From: Candidatus Acidiferrales bacterium | GTDB lineage: Bacteria; Acidobacteriota; Terriglobia; Acidiferrales; UBA7541 | NCBI GenBank assembly: GCA_963709705.1 | Contig: CAVPXU010000013.1 | Location: forward strand, 97,047 to 161,046 | Direction: 5' to 3' | DNA: 64,000 bases | Part shown: positions 63,144 to 64,000 of the stretch, in pieces | Position numbering within the stretch: position 1 is the first letter of the stretch | Layout: each line of letters opens with the position of its first letter | The notes under the pieces: generated by a model | Databases searched by the model: none | The model's input: only the letters and a program-made list of their open reading frames with translations | Told to the model about the DNA's origin: nothing | Made by a program: the position numbers and the translations under genes

Positions 63144-64000
63144 CGTAAGTACACTTTCGCTTCGACGTTCATGCCGGGCCGAAGCTGATGGTCACGATTT
63201 TCCCCAGGTTCTAGAACAATCTTCACCGGCACCCGCTGAACGATTTTTACGTAGTTGCCCGTAGCATTTTCCGGAGGCAGCAAGCTAAAGAGGGGTCCTG
63301 TGGCGCCTGCGATGCTATCGACATGCCCCTTGTAGTCGCGGCCGTTCGAGTCAAGGTGAATCTCTACTTTCTGGCCCACGCGCATGTGTTTGAGCTGTGT
63401 TTCTTTAAAGTTCGCGGTGATCCAGACTTGATCCAACGGAACCACCGTGAGCATTTCCTCGCCGGGCTCGACATTTAAACCCACGACTACTTTCTTGGTC
63501 ACCTCACCGCTGACCGGCGCTAATACCCTGGTGTATCCAAGGTTGAGATCCGCCTGGTCGAGTTCGGCTTTCTTTTGCCGTTCGTCAGCAATGGCTGAGA
63601 GCGCTCGGGCCCGCGTGGACGCGACCCGTTGCGGTCCGGCCTGGGCGGATTCATCCCGCGCAATCGCTTCGCTGAGCCGGCTTCGCGCTTCGGCGACATT
63701 TTGTTCAGCAGTCGCCTCGTCCGCTTTGGCGGCTGCTACTGCGGCGGTATCGGTTTGTGCCGCGGCTACCGCGTGGTCGTAAATCTGCTTAGGTACTTCG
63801 TCCTTGATCAGCAGAAGGTGGTAACGCTGAACGTCGTCCTGAGCTTTTTTGTTTTCTGCTTCGGCTTCCAGGATGCGTGCCTGTGCCGCAGCAACTTGTT
63901 TTTCACTGGCAGCGATTGCGGCTTTGGCGTTTTCGATGTCCGAGGAAGTGAACTTCAGTTGGCTGATGGTGTCCACCGAGCTGATGGGCACATCAATGTT
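63140..64000 (-). CDS. HlyD/EmrA-family membrane fusion protein (5' end outside window)
   Basis: Frame is open to the window end. ANFKETQL, LLPPENATGNYVKIVQRVPVKI and RPGMNVEA motifs. Confidence 0.93.
   Translation of the reverse strand, partial: NIDVPISSVDTISQLKFTSSDIENAKAAIAASEKQVAAAQARILEAEAENKKAQDDVQRYHLLLIKDEVPKQIYDHAVAAAQTDTAAVAAAKADEATAEQNVAEARSRLSEAIARDESAQAGPQRVASTRARALSAIADERQKKAELDQADLNLGYTRVLAPVSGEVTKKVVVGLNVEPGEEMLTVVPLDQVWITANFKETQLKHMRVGQKVEIHLDSNGRDYKGHVDSIAGATGPLFSLLPPENATGNYVKIVQRVPVKIVLEPGENRDHQLRPGMNVEAKVYLR

Noticed and set aside
1-64000. Other TGA-terminated genes as Sec read-through candidates
   Set aside because: For the other TGA-ending genes the family C-terminus appears complete at the stop (for example both EmrA paralogs end in YLR), and no Cys-aligned position is involved.

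Overview
About 48 protein-coding genes in a GC-rich window, most likely from an Acidobacteriota (Terriglobia-like) chromosome. The taxon is inferred from gene content (carboxypeptidase-regulatory-domain TonB-dependent transporter, CRTAC1/ASPIC-UnbV cluster, Tat-exported enzymes), not from a marker gene. From left to right: an EmrAB-type efflux pair; a DUF3300-DUF2950 pair; a DUF362/PQQ-propeller/ApbE operon divergent from an exported amidohydrolase plus SelA-like PLP enzyme; greA, an isoaspartyl peptidase and PilZ/DedA/DinB/receiver genes; EF-G2, a serine hydrolase, a Cys/Met PLP enzyme and gltA; a galactoside module (MFS, galK, GH2, GH97); a roughly 20-kb LacI/TonB-transporter/TPR/three-CRTAC1 locus; and a second EmrAB pair. 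I found no rRNA, tRNA, CRISPR array or transposase. The best hidden signals are: (1) a DedA-rhodanese fusion that the ORF track cuts at an in-frame TGA in a Cys-aligned position (YCT-U-PREATS), followed by a bacterial-SECIS-like hairpin, making it a probable selenoprotein; (2) a 28-bp XerCD dif-like site at 19454-19481 where the + strand flips from C-rich to G-rich, the opposite polarity to a canonical terminus; (3) the TonB-transporter/CRTAC1/TPR locus as a candidate SusD-independent glycan-uptake system. Two genes carry single lesions (a frameshift near 13243 and an in-frame TAA at 21307). All family assignments come from motif recognition by eye; no database searches were run.
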